DNA of 64,000 bases from Spirochaetia bacterium (GTDB lineage: Bacteria > Spirochaetota > Spirochaetia > CADAEX01), in NCBI GenBank assembly GCA_963662795.1, contig OY759746.1, positions 1,248,001-1,312,000 on the forward strand, in the 5' to 3' direction. Position numbers and translations under genes: made by a program. Under the pieces are notes generated by a model. That model was not told the DNA's origin. It ran no database searches and saw only the letters and a list, made by a program, of their open reading frames with translations. This document shows positions 18,164-28,479 of this stretch, one piece after another. Each line of letters opens with the position of its first letter. The stretch's first letter is position 1.

Positions 18164-19422
18164 AGCACTATCCCTCCGTATTTTCCATCAAAACCGTATT
18201 CAACACTGTAATCCCCGCGCCTTATCCTGTTGATCCCGTCTGTTACTTCATTCGGGATGTTCCTGAATGAAAGCTCTCCTTTTTCAAGCCAGATCGAACT
18301 TTCCCTTCCAGCCTGCCTTATGATTTCAAGATAGATATCGGTCACTTTTTTAGTCCCGCTTCCGCATTTAAGACACTCTGCAATAACTTCAACTACCGGT
18401 ATCTGGTAGACAAAATCCTGCCTTCTTTCAGGCGCTCCCGTGTAAAGTGAATCGACCCTTTCCTTTACTCCCTTCGTAAGAGGTTTGCCGCAGACGGGAC
18501 AGATATCGGGAGGATTTTCCTTAAAAAATATTTCTTCTCCGTTATGTCCCGGCCTGTCGCCCCTGTGCCCCGTAAGGTAATATCTTCCCTCAAAGGGAGG
18601 AAATTCTGCGGTTTTGACAACCGTTCCACTACAGACTGCATCGGCAATCCCGTCGGAACTTACCTCAGAAACTGCAAGTTCTGTAAATTCCCTCCCAAGC
18701 CTGTTAAATGCGGCGGAGTGAGCATCGCTGGATGATATTACAGGAACATCAAGGTACCCGGCAATTTTTTTTATCATGTCAGGGTCTGCGCTGAGGCCTG
18801 ATTCTACCGCGTCGATAAGGGATGTTTCGTTTCCGAATATTTCTTCCATACTGTCTACAGGATTTTTTCCGCCGAGTATCCCGTCCGGTGTCATAATATG
18901 TGCGGGAATCAGAAGACAATTACAGTTTTTTTTGAGACGGATAAAAAAATCACACATTTGGCCGCTGCTTTCAAATTTGATAAAAGGCCGTCCTATACCG
19001 AGCTTGCTGCCTGCGGATTCAAACATTGCTCTGGCATCCTTTATAAAGAGGCGGCTGCGGAAAAGAATAACCATGTGGAACAGTTTTCTTTTAAGGGGGT
19101 TATGCGGGTACGGCATTGTCACTATCACTTCAGTCTGGGGCATAAGAAAGCAGTTTTCTCCGGAATTTTTTTTTCCGGGATCAAAAGAGCTGCTGCCGGC
19201 AGCAGGGCTGCTTTGGGAAGTATTCATTGCCCACATTCCCTTTTTTGCGTCAAACGGGAAAAAACCGTCGAGCTCATTCTCCCATTTCTCAAGGAGGATG
19301 TCCCCGCTGCCGTAGACATCTATCCCCTTAGTCTCCATCACATAACGCAATTTGTTGAAATCTGTTTTGCCGCTTGCGCCGGCATAAGGCGAATGGGAGT
19401 GAAGATCAACGACAATATTCAT
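18160..19422 (-). CDS. Endonuclease Q-family (PHP domain + Zn ribbon) protein
   Basis: DLHSHSPY, IPAHIMTP, ESGLSADP, SSSDAHS, RLGRE, PPFEGRYYLTGHR, CPVCGKPLTKGV, GFDGKYG. Confidence 0.82.
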   Translation of the reverse strand: MNIVVDLHSHSPYAGASGKTDFNKLRYVMETKGIDVYGSGDILLEKWENELDGFFPFDAKKGMWAMNTSQSSPAAGSSSFDPGKKNSGENCFLMPQTEVIVTMPYPHNPLKRKLFHMVILFRSRLFIKDARAMFESAGSKLGIGRPFIKFESSGQMCDFFIRLKKNCNCLLIPAHIMTPDGILGGKNPVDSMEEIFGNETSLIDAVESGLSADPDMIKKIAGYLDVPVISSSDAHSAAFNRLGREFTELAVSEVSSDGIADAVCSGTVVKTAEFPPFEGRYYLTGHRGDRPGHNGEEIFFKENPPDICPVCGKPLTKGVKERVDSLYTGAPERRQDFVYQIPVVEVIAECLKCGSGTKKVTDIYLEIIRQAGRESSIWLEKGELSFRNIPNEVTDGINRIRRGDYSVEYGFDGKYGGIVL

Positions 19423-19534
19423 GCGGAAAACTCCTGTCAAGCTGGATAGTTATCACAATAGTCCGGTTACCTGGAATGTTCATACTACAACAAAACACTT
19501 TTTTCTCAAACAAAAAAATCTTTTTCCTTTCTCC

Positions 19535-20467
19535 CTATTTTAATAATGCAGCAAGTTCATCCCGCTTATCCATTAATTCCTGTTTTTTATCAGCTGCGGA
19601 TGAGCTGTACGATGTTAAAGCAAGGTCCTTATCTATCAGTTCGTTATACAATTCAAGGGCTTTTTCCCTTCCTGACTTTTTAAACAGTGAATTCAGGTTT
19701 TTCTCTATCTCAGCTTCCTTTTTCCTTATCAGCTCGCCCTCTTTATCCGTAAATCCCGGGATAAAAAAGACAACATCCTCTGCCGCGTTTTCTGTTATCT
19801 CAATCGGCCAGGTAACAACAGTATATGGGCCGAACATCCTGTTCTGGACTATTTCAATGTCCCTTTTACCGGTGAGCACGCGCTCCATCAGGTCGGATTC
19901 GGGGACGGTGACGCTCTCCCCGATACGTACACGAAAGGCGCCCTTGTCACCGATACTTATGAGCTTTACTTTTCCGAATGTCATTTTCATGCCGCTGAAG
20001 CTCTCGGCAAGAGAAAGGGCCAGAGTATCTGCTGAATCAAAAACATCAAGAACAGTTGAAGCGGTTTCCTTTTTCGTTATTGTCTCCTTTCCTTTCTCCA
20101 TGTTGTAAACAGAAAGCTCAAAGACAATTTCTCCCGAGTCTGTATAATAACTCTTTCCATGTATAAGATTCGGTATTCCGGATTTTTCACAGTATCCGGC
20201 CATGTTTTCAGGGATATCGGCATCATCGATTGTAACATCATATAAACCCGACATTCTGAGAACCAGGTCAAGTGTCGTAACAACAGTTTCCGAAGAGACT
20301 GTAAGGTACTGATCCGACTCAACAGCGCAGGAGATGGGAATTATTGCAACTTTTGTTTTTGCAGGTCCGTTTTTTTCTTTAACCTCAGGCTGGGTCTGGG
20401 CCTCAATCCGAGGATGAATCAAAAGGAATGATACTGCAGTCAGAAGTATGATAATTTTTTTATTCAT
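19535..20467 (-). CDS. Hypothetical exported protein
   Basis: Start reassigned to MNKKIIILL at 20467 (AGGAGG RBS), which removes the overlap with the DMT gene; signal-peptide-like N-terminus. Confidence 0.7.
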   Translation of the reverse strand: MNKKIIILLTAVSFLLIHPRIEAQTQPEVKEKNGPAKTKVAIIPISCAVESDQYLTVSSETVVTTLDLVLRMSGLYDVTIDDADIPENMAGYCEKSGIPNLIHGKSYYTDSGEIVFELSVYNMEKGKETITKKETASTVLDVFDSADTLALSLAESFSGMKMTFGKVKLISIGDKGAFRVRIGESVTVPESDLMERVLTGKRDIEIVQNRMFGPYTVVTWPIEITENAAEDVVFFIPGFTDKEGELIRKKEAEIEKNLNSLFKKSGREKALELYNELIDKDLALTSYSSSAADKKQELMDKRDELAALLK

Positions 20468-20539
20468 AAAGCCCCCTCCTGTAATGATATTACCAATAAC
20501 CGTATGGAGCAAGAAAGATTTAGCTGATATCCTTTTCCA

Positions 20540-21427
20540 ATGATGAGACAGAAACACCGGGCAGAACTTATGCTTGTAGTTGCAGCTCTTATATGGGGCG
20601 CGACATTTGTTATAATAAAGGAAGGAATAAAAAGCTGTTCCCCTGTTCTTTTTAACGGAATAAGATTTATGCTTGCCTTTTTTGTTATGCTTTTCTTTAA
20701 CAGAAAAAAATTTACAGAAGCCGGCAGAAAAATATGGTTTCATGGAACATTCCTTGGGTGCTTTAACTTTATCGCCTATGCAATGCAGACACTGGGTCTT
20801 AAATATACATCTGTCGCGAAATCAAGCCTTGTTACATATCTTTTCGCGATCCTTACACCCCCGCTTCAGTATGTAATAACAAGAAAAGTTCCTCACAGGG
20901 GAAACCTTACAGGACTTGCCGTAGTGTTCACAGGGATGATAATGATCACTTCTCCCAAAGCCGAGGGGATAAATATCGGCGATATTCTGACTCTCGCGAG
21001 CGCTGTTTCCTATGCTTTTTATATTGTTCTTATCGATATTTACCCGGCAAAGGAAGACGCCGGAGTGCTTGTAGCAATCCAGTTTTTCATAATGGGAACA
21101 CTTGGACTTATCATCTCGCCTTTTGTAGAAACAGTTTATATTTCGTTCAATTCAGGCCTTGTTTTTTCTCTTGCATATCTTTCCGTTCTGGGCAGCGCAG
21201 TCTGTATCTATATAATCAACCGTTTCCAGCACTACACTACCCCGACAAGGGCAGTTCTGATCTATGCGCTTGAACCGATGTTTTCCGTTATTCTCGGCAT
21301 AATCATTCTTGCGGAATCAAAAGCGCCCTTAAAGGTTGCAGGCGCGGCTGTAATCCTTTCAGGGATACTTATATCGGAACTCTGGGAACAGATAGAGTAC
21401 AGGATTAAACAGAAAAAACCGGTTTAA
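20540..21427 (+). CDS. DMT/EamA-family transporter
   Basis: LIWGATFVIIK, QTLGLKYTSVAKS, GDILTL, IYALEPMF; about 10 TM. Confidence 0.9.
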   Translation: MMRQKHRAELMLVVAALIWGATFVIIKEGIKSCSPVLFNGIRFMLAFFVMLFFNRKKFTEAGRKIWFHGTFLGCFNFIAYAMQTLGLKYTSVAKSSLVTYLFAILTPPLQYVITRKVPHRGNLTGLAVVFTGMIMITSPKAEGINIGDILTLASAVSYAFYIVLIDIYPAKEDAGVLVAIQFFIMGTLGLIISPFVETVYISFNSGLVFSLAYLSVLGSAVCIYIINRFQHYTTPTRAVLIYALEPMFSVILGIIILAESKAPLKVAGAAVILSGILISELWEQIEYRIKQKKPV

Positions 21428-21482
21428 AATAATTATTCTATCCTGCTTGCCATATTGCCAATATCTGGTAAAATTGCAGTTA

Positions 21483-23570
21483 ATGAGAAGAAAAACAATA
21501 TTAAGGACGCGTACGTCAAAAACAATTTTTCTTATACTGACTTCATCAGCCGCATCAGCGATTGTATATCTTTTTATGCCCATTATAACAGGCTGGAAAA
21601 GCACACTGCAGGCAGCACCTGAAAATATCCAGGATATCCTATTAATCTTTTCTCTTGCTCTTCACCTTTTCTGGGCATTTTCACTTTTAGTCTTAAAAAG
21701 CCGAAGGGATAATTTTGCACTTAAAGCCCCGGCAGGTATGTTTGCAACCTCGCTTCTCATGTTTCTTTTTTCATACCTTTACGCCTGTAACGCGGGGCTT
21801 GAATATATTCAGCGGTTTGCCCAAACCTCTGACATACTGAGTTTTGCTCCTGATACCACAACAGGCAGACTATATGCGCTTTTCATGTATCTCCCCTTTA
21901 TTGTCTCCGACCTGACTGCAATTTTCATTTTAAAAAAGACCAAAGGTATCTCTCCTTCTTTTTCAAGGCTCGCTCTCACAATGCTTTCTGCAGTTCTTTA
22001 TTCCCTTTCCTTTCCTTCCTTTTTCCATCCGGAGGGATTCCCATTACTGGCTTTTATTGCACTTGTTCCGCTGATTCTTGTAATCAATCATTCAAAAACA
22101 GGGGAAGGAGTATTCTGGGCGGTTGTATTCGGAGTCTTTCAGACAACAATAATAAACTACTGGCTTTCAACATTCAGTCTTGTATCTCTGCAGGCTGTTA
22201 TTTTGATCAATCTGGCGCATTATCTGATTTTCATGGCAATCGCAGTTCCTGCATGCAAACATGCAGGCAGGTTTAAATGGATTATCTTTCCGGCAGCATG
22301 GGTTATGCTTGAATATTTCAGAAGCCTCGGGTTTGCAGCATATCCCTGGTGTCCGCTTGGAACCAGCCAGTATAAGACTGCCTCATTTATCCAGACAGCA
22401 TCAGTTACAGGGGTTTACGGGATATCATTCATCATAGTGTTTTTAAATTCATCCGCAGCATTTTTCATTTCTTCCTTAACTGAAAAAAAACACACAGTTA
22501 AAAGCAGACTGATCAAGGCTGTTCCCCTTCTTGCTGCAGTCCTGGCAGCAGCGTTATCAGTTGCATGGGGAAAGGGGGAAATTGCCCGCCTTGAAAGAGA
22601 GGTCCCGGTAAAAACGATTAATCTTGCCCTGATTCAGCAGAACAGCGATCCCAGAAAAACAGACTACAGGGAGAATCTGGATGTGCTTAAAAAGCTCACC
22701 AATGAAGCCCTTGCCAGTTCAAATGGAAATACAGACCTTGTCGTATGGTCCGAAACCGCCTACGTCCCCAACATAAGGCGGTGGGGCAGCATGGCGCCGG
22801 AGGAACATCCTCTTGCAAAACTTACAGATGAATTCCTTGAGTATCAGGGAAAGGGCGGTTTTTATCTTTTAACCGGTAACGACGATTATGAACTTAAAGG
22901 AGACGGCAATACAATTGAAAGGAAGGAATATAACGCATCTGTATTTTTTACGGACAGGGGAGAGAGATTCGAAACCTACAGGAAGATCCGCCTGGTCCCA
23001 TTCACCGAATATTTTCCATTCAGAAGGCAGCTGCCCGCTCTGTATGATATTCTTATAAAGATGGATGTCAACCTCTGGGAACCCGGGATTGAGCAGACAG
23101 TCTTCACCCATCCTGAATTCCGGTTTTCCACCCCTATATGTTTTGAAGATATCTTCCCGGACTATGTAAGGAATTTCGCCTTGAAAGGAGCGGAAGTAAT
23201 ACTTGACATATCAAACGATTACTGGTCCCTTACTGAAACGGAAGGGAAGCAGCACTTCATGACAGGGATGATGAGAGCGGTGGAAAACCGCAGGCCTCTC
23301 GTCAGATGTACAGCCTCGGGCCTTACGGGGGTTGTTGAGCGGACAGGTAAAATAAGGGACACACAGCCTTTCTATAAACCGCTTTATGTAAACACACAGA
23401 TAGAACTGCACGAACATGGTGCCGCATCAGTTTACCTAAAATACGGAGACTGGTTTGCAGGGGCCTGTATCGCAGCGGTTTTTTTTATGTTTATAAAATC
23501 CATGGCTTTTGGTTTTCTCTCCTCTGTGATAAAACATAAGAGAATAAGACTCTTGAATAATAACAAGTAA
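21483..23570 (+). CDS. lnt: Apolipoprotein N-acyltransferase with an extra N-terminal membrane region
   Basis: AYPW, VVWSETA (catalytic E), YRKIRLVPFTEYFP (K), PICFED (C), RAVENRR, YGDWF. Confidence 0.9.
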   Translation: MRRKTILRTRTSKTIFLILTSSAASAIVYLFMPIITGWKSTLQAAPENIQDILLIFSLALHLFWAFSLLVLKSRRDNFALKAPAGMFATSLLMFLFSYLYACNAGLEYIQRFAQTSDILSFAPDTTTGRLYALFMYLPFIVSDLTAIFILKKTKGISPSFSRLALTMLSAVLYSLSFPSFFHPEGFPLLAFIALVPLILVINHSKTGEGVFWAVVFGVFQTTIINYWLSTFSLVSLQAVILINLAHYLIFMAIAVPACKHAGRFKWIIFPAAWVMLEYFRSLGFAAYPWCPLGTSQYKTASFIQTASVTGVYGISFIIVFLNSSAAFFISSLTEKKHTVKSRLIKAVPLLAAVLAAALSVAWGKGEIARLEREVPVKTINLALIQQNSDPRKTDYRENLDVLKKLTNEALASSNGNTDLVVWSETAYVPNIRRWGSMAPEEHPLAKLTDEFLEYQGKGGFYLLTGNDDYELKGDGNTIERKEYNASVFFTDRGERFETYRKIRLVPFTEYFPFRRQLPALYDILIKMDVNLWEPGIEQTVFTHPEFRFSTPICFEDIFPDYVRNFALKGAEVILDISNDYWSLTETEGKQHFMTGMMRAVENRRPLVRCTASGLTGVVERTGKIRDTQPFYKPLYVNTQIELHEHGAASVYLKYGDWFAGACIAAVFFMFIKSMAFGFLSSVIKHKRIRLLNNNK

Positions 23571-23652
23571 AAAATTAGCTTTATACCTGACCGGAAGATA
23601 TTCCGTCAGCAGTTTCAGCCGCAAAGAGCGATGCCAGGAGAACAACGACACC

Positions 23653-24171
23653 ATGAACGGCAAAATATATTTCAGCTACAGCATGATTCACAGAACAATT
23701 AAAAAACTATCAGAGCAAATCATGGAGAGCGGATTCAATCCTGAACTTATGGTCGCCATCGGAACCGGCGGCTTTATCCCTGCGCGGATAATGAAAACAT
23801 ATCTCGGTCTTCCGATACTCACTGTCGGCATCAGATACTACAATAAAGAGAACAAACTCCAGAGCGAACCTGAAAGGATTCAGTGGATTGATGAAGTGGA
23901 GGAGAAGCTGAAAGGTAAAAGAATCCTCCTCGTAGATGAGGTTGATGACACGAGATCGACTCTTGAGTATTGCCTGAGGGAGCTTATAAAACAGAAACCT
24001 GATGAGATAGCAGTCGCAGTTCTCCATAAAAAGGAAAAAACAAAGGCAGGAAAAATTCCATCCGCAGTTACAAAATATTTTTGCGGAGAAACACTCCCCG
24101 ATTCATGGTGCTGCTACCCATGGGATGCGCTTGATATTGTCGAGCATGAGAAGATCGCGAATCAGGGATAA
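23653..24171 (+). CDS. Purine (xanthine/hypoxanthine/guanine) phosphoribosyltransferase
   Basis: AIGTGGFIPAR, PRPP loop ILLVDEVDDTRSTL, YPWD. Confidence 0.85.
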   Translation: MNGKIYFSYSMIHRTIKKLSEQIMESGFNPELMVAIGTGGFIPARIMKTYLGLPILTVGIRYYNKENKLQSEPERIQWIDEVEEKLKGKRILLVDEVDDTRSTLEYCLRELIKQKPDEIAVAVLHKKEKTKAGKIPSAVTKYFCGETLPDSWCCYPWDALDIVEHEKIANQG

Positions 24172-24256
24172 AACCGGCCTGTTTTTTCCGGAAAAACGAG
24201 CTGATGCAAATCGTAAACAGACAGCCTGATACAGGGCTGGAATTTAAAAACCACTG

Positions 24257-25183
24257 TTACCGCTCTCCCCGCTTGTGCGGCTCCCCAAGATGCGCCGGGG
24301 CATGCATCTTCCTGTGCCCCTCAAGACTTAATCCGTAAAAAATCAGAACAGCAAGCGTTGTGAGGTACGGAAGCATCGCCAGAAAGTTGGGCGAAATACC
24401 AAGCGGCTGGAGAAGATACTGGAGAACAAAAATACCGCCGAAAACATATGCGCCGGAAAAAGCCCGTTTCGGGTCCCACATTGAAAAAATTGTAAGAGCT
24501 ATAACAATCCAGCCCCTTCCTGCGGTAAGTCCTTCTATCCAGGATTTGCTGTAGGCAATTGAAAGATGGGAACCTGCAAGACCGGCAAACGCTCCCCCGG
24601 TCATTACGCAAAGATACTGAACCAGATGGACATTTATCCCCTGTGTTTCTGCAGCTTTGGGATTTTCCCCTGTTGACCGCACAGCGATACCCGCCTTTGT
24701 CCTGTAAAGAAAAAACCACGCCCCTGCACCGAGGATTATGGAAAGATAAAAATATGGGTCCTGCCTGAATAATATCTCGCCAATATACGGAATATCCCTC
24801 AAATACGGGATATTAACCGCGTCCATCTTTATGGCAAGCGGTTTTCCGATATAGGGCTTGCCCCAGAGACCGCTGATGCCGAGGCCCAGCATGGAAAGTG
24901 CAAGTCCTGATACAACCTGGTTTGCACGGAGGCTGATGCTTACAAATGCGTGGATCAGGGCAAATAACGCGCCGCAGATCATGGAGAAAACAAGCCCCAG
25001 CCAGGGATTTCCGGTAGTGTAGGTTACCGCGAATCCCGAGACCGCCCCAACTGCCATCATCCCCTCAACCCCGAGATTCATAACTCCGCCCCTTTCACAT
25101 ATTATTTCACCCAGCGTCCCAAGAAGCAGGGGGGTGCCCGCGATCAGGGTCCTTGTAAGTACTGATATTATTATCTGTTCCAT
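24257..25183 (-). CDS. Nucleoside/sugar ABC transporter permease (CUT2/Nup type)
   Basis: ERGGVMNLGVEGMM, RSTGENP, AGRGWIVIAL, LAMLPY. Confidence 0.92.
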   Translation of the reverse strand: MEQIIISVLTRTLIAGTPLLLGTLGEIICERGGVMNLGVEGMMAVGAVSGFAVTYTTGNPWLGLVFSMICGALFALIHAFVSISLRANQVVSGLALSMLGLGISGLWGKPYIGKPLAIKMDAVNIPYLRDIPYIGEILFRQDPYFYLSIILGAGAWFFLYRTKAGIAVRSTGENPKAAETQGINVHLVQYLCVMTGGAFAGLAGSHLSIAYSKSWIEGLTAGRGWIVIALTIFSMWDPKRAFSGAYVFGGIFVLQYLLQPLGISPNFLAMLPYLTTLAVLIFYGLSLEGHRKMHAPAHLGEPHKRGER

Positions 25184-26265
25184 TTTGCCCCCTGAAGTTT
25201 TATTGTCACACTGTTCTTCTGGAAAAACTCACCCATTATGAGAAATACAAGAATTATGCCGTTGAATATATTTACAGTGGCAGCCGGCAGATTAAGTGAA
25301 ATCTGGATTGCATCTCCTCCGACAAGTATTCCGGCGAAGAAAAGCCCGGAAATAATTGCCGTGACCGGGTTCAGCCTTGAAAGCCAGGCGACAATAATCG
25401 CGGTAAAGCCGTAGCCTGAGCTTATTGATTCAGGATATGTCAGATGGTGGTGAAGCCCTGCTACCTCTCCGACTCCCGCAAGCCCGGCAAGACCTCCGCT
25501 TATGACCATTATAATAATTGTGGTTCTGTAAAAATCAATTCCCGCGTATCTTGCCGCCTCCTGGTTCTCCCCGATGACCCTCACTTCATACCCGAATCTG
25601 GTCCTGAATAAAAGGACATATACCAAAGCAGAAACTGCCAAAGCAATAATCAGCGTGACAAAGTGGATCCTTGAATTGCCAAAAAGGGCAAGCTGCGCTG
25701 TTTCGGGAAAATCATCGGTATAGGGAAAGCCGAACTGGGTTTTACCCTTCCAGGGGCCAATAACAAGCATTTTTATGAACTCTGCCCCGACATAATTAAG
25801 CATAAGGGTTGAGATAACCTCATTTATCCCGAACCTTACACGCAGTATCGCGGGGACAATTCCCCATAGCGCCCCGGCGATAAACCCTCCCGTAAACATG
25901 AGAATAACCGCGGCCCATCCGGGAAGGGAGGCTGCCCAGGTTAACGCAATCCAGGTGGCGGCGGCAGCCCCGGCCAACAGCTGGCTTTCAGCGCCGATGT
26001 TCCAGAATTTACCGCGGTAGGCTATGGTAAGCCCTGCTGCGATAAGGATCAACGGTATTGATTTTGTTACAGTTTCCTTGAATCCGTACATGGAACCGAA
26101 TGAGCCGCTGAATATCTTGTATATCGCGAAAAAAGGGTTTACCCCTTTCGCCAGAAAGACAATCCCTATTGCCGCAAGCCCCGCAAGAAGGGAAGCGGCA
26201 AGAATCAGGTTTGATACAAGCGGTTTTTCATTTTCGCGGGGTGAAACATCAATTCTAAGCATCAC
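25171..26265 (-). CDS. Nucleoside/sugar ABC transporter permease
   Basis: WNIGAESQ, NEVISTLMLNY, GENQEAARYAG, GYGFTAIIVA. Confidence 0.92.
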   Translation of the reverse strand: MMLRIDVSPRENEKPLVSNLILAASLLAGLAAIGIVFLAKGVNPFFAIYKIFSGSFGSMYGFKETVTKSIPLILIAAGLTIAYRGKFWNIGAESQLLAGAAAATWIALTWAASLPGWAAVILMFTGGFIAGALWGIVPAILRVRFGINEVISTLMLNYVGAEFIKMLVIGPWKGKTQFGFPYTDDFPETAQLALFGNSRIHFVTLIIALAVSALVYVLLFRTRFGYEVRVIGENQEAARYAGIDFYRTTIIIMVISGGLAGLAGVGEVAGLHHHLTYPESISSGYGFTAIIVAWLSRLNPVTAIISGLFFAGILVGGDAIQISLNLPAATVNIFNGIILVFLIMGEFFQKNSVTIKLQGAKWNR

Positions 26266-27794
26266 TCTGCCTCCTGCACAGGAAGCCTCAGGGAACCTGT
26301 CATCATAAGTCCTATATCCTTTATATCAGCATCTCCCGCCTTAAGTATTCCCATAAATTCTCCCTTGAAAATTACAGCAATCCTGTCGCAAATCTCAAAA
26401 AGCTCTTCAAGGTCTTCCGAAACAAGAAGAACACCGCCCCCCTCTTCCCGCCTTGCGAGAATCTGCCGCCTGATATATTCAGTGGCCCCGATATCAAGCC
26501 CGTAGGTCGGATGAGAGGCTACCAGAAGAGCCGGCTTGCTCTCTATCTCCCGGCCTATAATCAGTTTCTGTATGTTGCCCCCGGATAATGATTTAATCGG
26601 GACATTAATGGAAGGCGTTGAAATATTATACCGCTCGACAATATTTTCCGTATGGTTTTTTATCAGGTCATAGTCAAGAAACATCAGCCGGGAAAAAGGT
26701 TTTGAGTGGTGTTTTTTAAGAATTGCGTTCTCGTATATGAAAAGATTGGGAACAATTCCGAACTTTATCCTCTCTTCAGGGACATGGGTAATACCTCTTG
26801 TGTTTACGACACGGGCAGACTTGTTTGTAATCGCGTCATCTTCAAGTATTATCTCGCCGGAGGAGGACCGTCTCAAACCTGTTATGGCTTCGACCAGCTC
26901 CCTTTGTCCGTTACCCGAAACTCCGGCTATGCCGAAGACCTCATTGCGGTAGACCGAAAAGGAAAGACCGTTTACTGCCGTATTTCCCCTGTCCCCATTG
27001 ACAATCAGATCCTTTACCTCAAGTACCCGCTCCCCCCTTTCAAGAGGCGCCTTGTCAAATCTGAGGTCAACATCACGGCCGACCATCATCCGGGCGAGCT
27101 CTTTTTTATCAACATCGCCGATATCCGCCCCGCCGACAGTAATACCCTTTCTTATTACAGCTACTCTGCTGCAAATCTCCATAATTTCATCAAGTTTATG
27201 GCTGATAAGAATAATTGAGTGCCCGTCATCTGCCATCTTTCTGATTATCCCGAAAAGGTCTTTCGATTCCTGGGGAGTAAGTACGCTTGTAGGTTCATCC
27301 ATGATAAGGAGATCTGCCTCAAGAAAGAGAGCCTTAAGGATTTCCACCCGCTGCTGTTCCCCGGCAGAAAGTTCCCATATTTTCTTGTCAGGATCAATTT
27401 TCATGTCAAACCGCTGTGAAAAGCCTGATATCTTTTTTCTTATATAATTATCCGGGAAAAAGAACGGAACATCATCAAGTCCGAGCGCGATATTTTCCGC
27501 TACTGTGTGGTTCTGCACAAGCATGAAATGCTGATGTATCATGCCTATCCCGGCCCTCATGCTGTCTTTTGGATTTTTTATCCTTGCATCTTCTCCGTTG
27601 ATTATAATCTGACCGGCATCCGGCCTGTAAAGTCCGTAAAGAATATTCATCAGAGTTGTTTTGCCTGCCCCGTTTTCACCGAGCAGCCCCAGCACTTCGC
27701 CGGATGAAATTTTAAGGTTTATATCTTTGTTGGCGTAAAAACCATGAAAGGATTTTGTTATTCCCCTCATTTCAAGGTCATTTATCTTCCGCAC
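26262..27794 (-). CDS. Nucleoside/sugar ABC transporter ATP-binding protein (duplicated NBD)
   Basis: GENGAGKT, IMDEPT, GVSGNGQ, LSGGNIQK, PTYGLDIGA. Confidence 0.93.
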   Translation of the reverse strand: MRKINDLEMRGITKSFHGFYANKDINLKISSGEVLGLLGENGAGKTTLMNILYGLYRPDAGQIIINGEDARIKNPKDSMRAGIGMIHQHFMLVQNHTVAENIALGLDDVPFFFPDNYIRKKISGFSQRFDMKIDPDKKIWELSAGEQQRVEILKALFLEADLLIMDEPTSVLTPQESKDLFGIIRKMADDGHSIILISHKLDEIMEICSRVAVIRKGITVGGADIGDVDKKELARMMVGRDVDLRFDKAPLERGERVLEVKDLIVNGDRGNTAVNGLSFSVYRNEVFGIAGVSGNGQRELVEAITGLRRSSSGEIILEDDAITNKSARVVNTRGITHVPEERIKFGIVPNLFIYENAILKKHHSKPFSRLMFLDYDLIKNHTENIVERYNISTPSINVPIKSLSGGNIQKLIIGREIESKPALLVASHPTYGLDIGATEYIRRQILARREEGGGVLLVSEDLEELFEICDRIAVIFKGEFMGILKAGDADIKDIGLMMTGSLRLPVQEAE

Positions 27795-27831
27795 ACGGGG
27801 TCTCCTGATAAGGAATTTTAAATTATAAAAA

Positions 27832-27860
27832 AGTGTATTTTATTTGCAGTGTTTTTTCAA
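27832..27860 (-). promoter_or_regulatory. Probable sigma70 promoter of the ABC operon
   Basis: TTGAAA-N17-TACACT on the minus strand, 37 nt upstream of the GTG start. Confidence 0.5.
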
Positions 27861-27942
27861 TCTTGCTTGCGGATAATGCCGGACTTATTTACATACTATT
27901 GTAAACATGAGTAATATTATGTAAGTATTATCAGAAGGGGAA

Positions 27943-28479
27943 TTGAAGATGAAAATATCAGCTTTAATTTTATTGCCTCTTGTTATAACCGGCTGCGCTG
28001 GAATACCTGAAGGTATAAAACCTGTAGACGGTTTTGAACTTGAAAAATACCTGGGCAAATGGTACGAAGCGGCCCGCCTTGACCACTCTTTTGAGAGGGG
28101 CCTTGACAATGTAACGGCAGAATATTCACTTCGAAAAGACGGAAAGGTAAAAGTCCTTAACAGGGGGTTTTCAGCTTCAAAGGGCAGGTGGGAGACAGCT
28201 GAAGGAAAGGCCAAATTTGCGGAAAAACAGGATCAGGGATTTTTAAAGGTATCTTTTTTCGGCCCCTTTTACGGTTCCTATGTTATCTTTGAACTTGACA
28301 TGGATAACTACAATTACGCTTTTGTATCCGGCCCCGACACATCATACCTGTGGCTTCTCTCAAGGGTACCGGATCCTGACAGGGAAATAATTGATAAGTT
28401 TATAAAAAAAGCAGGTGATCTTGGTTTTAATACAGACAATCTGATTTTTGTAAAACAGGATTTAAATGGAGGTAAATGA
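27943..28479 (+). CDS. blc: Bacterial lipocalin (Blc) lipoprotein
   Basis: Lipobox ITGC, YLGKWYEAARLDHSFERG, LKVSFFGPFYG, YLWLLSR. Confidence 0.92.
   Translation: MKMKISALILLPLVITGCAGIPEGIKPVDGFELEKYLGKWYEAARLDHSFERGLDNVTAEYSLRKDGKVKVLNRGFSASKGRWETAEGKAKFAEKQDQGFLKVSFFGPFYGSYVIFELDMDNYNYAFVSGPDTSYLWLLSRVPDPDREIIDKFIKKAGDLGFNTDNLIFVKQDLNGGK

Noticed and set aside
18776-20108. Long plus-strand ORFs (179, 183 and 244 aa)
   Set aside because: Antisense to well-supported genes, with no motifs; the same applies to 26706-27218 and 32832-33560.
20468-20743. N-terminal 92 aa of the 402-aa ORF
   Set aside because: Overlaps the DMT gene on the other strand; a better ATG with RBS and signal peptide exists at 20467.
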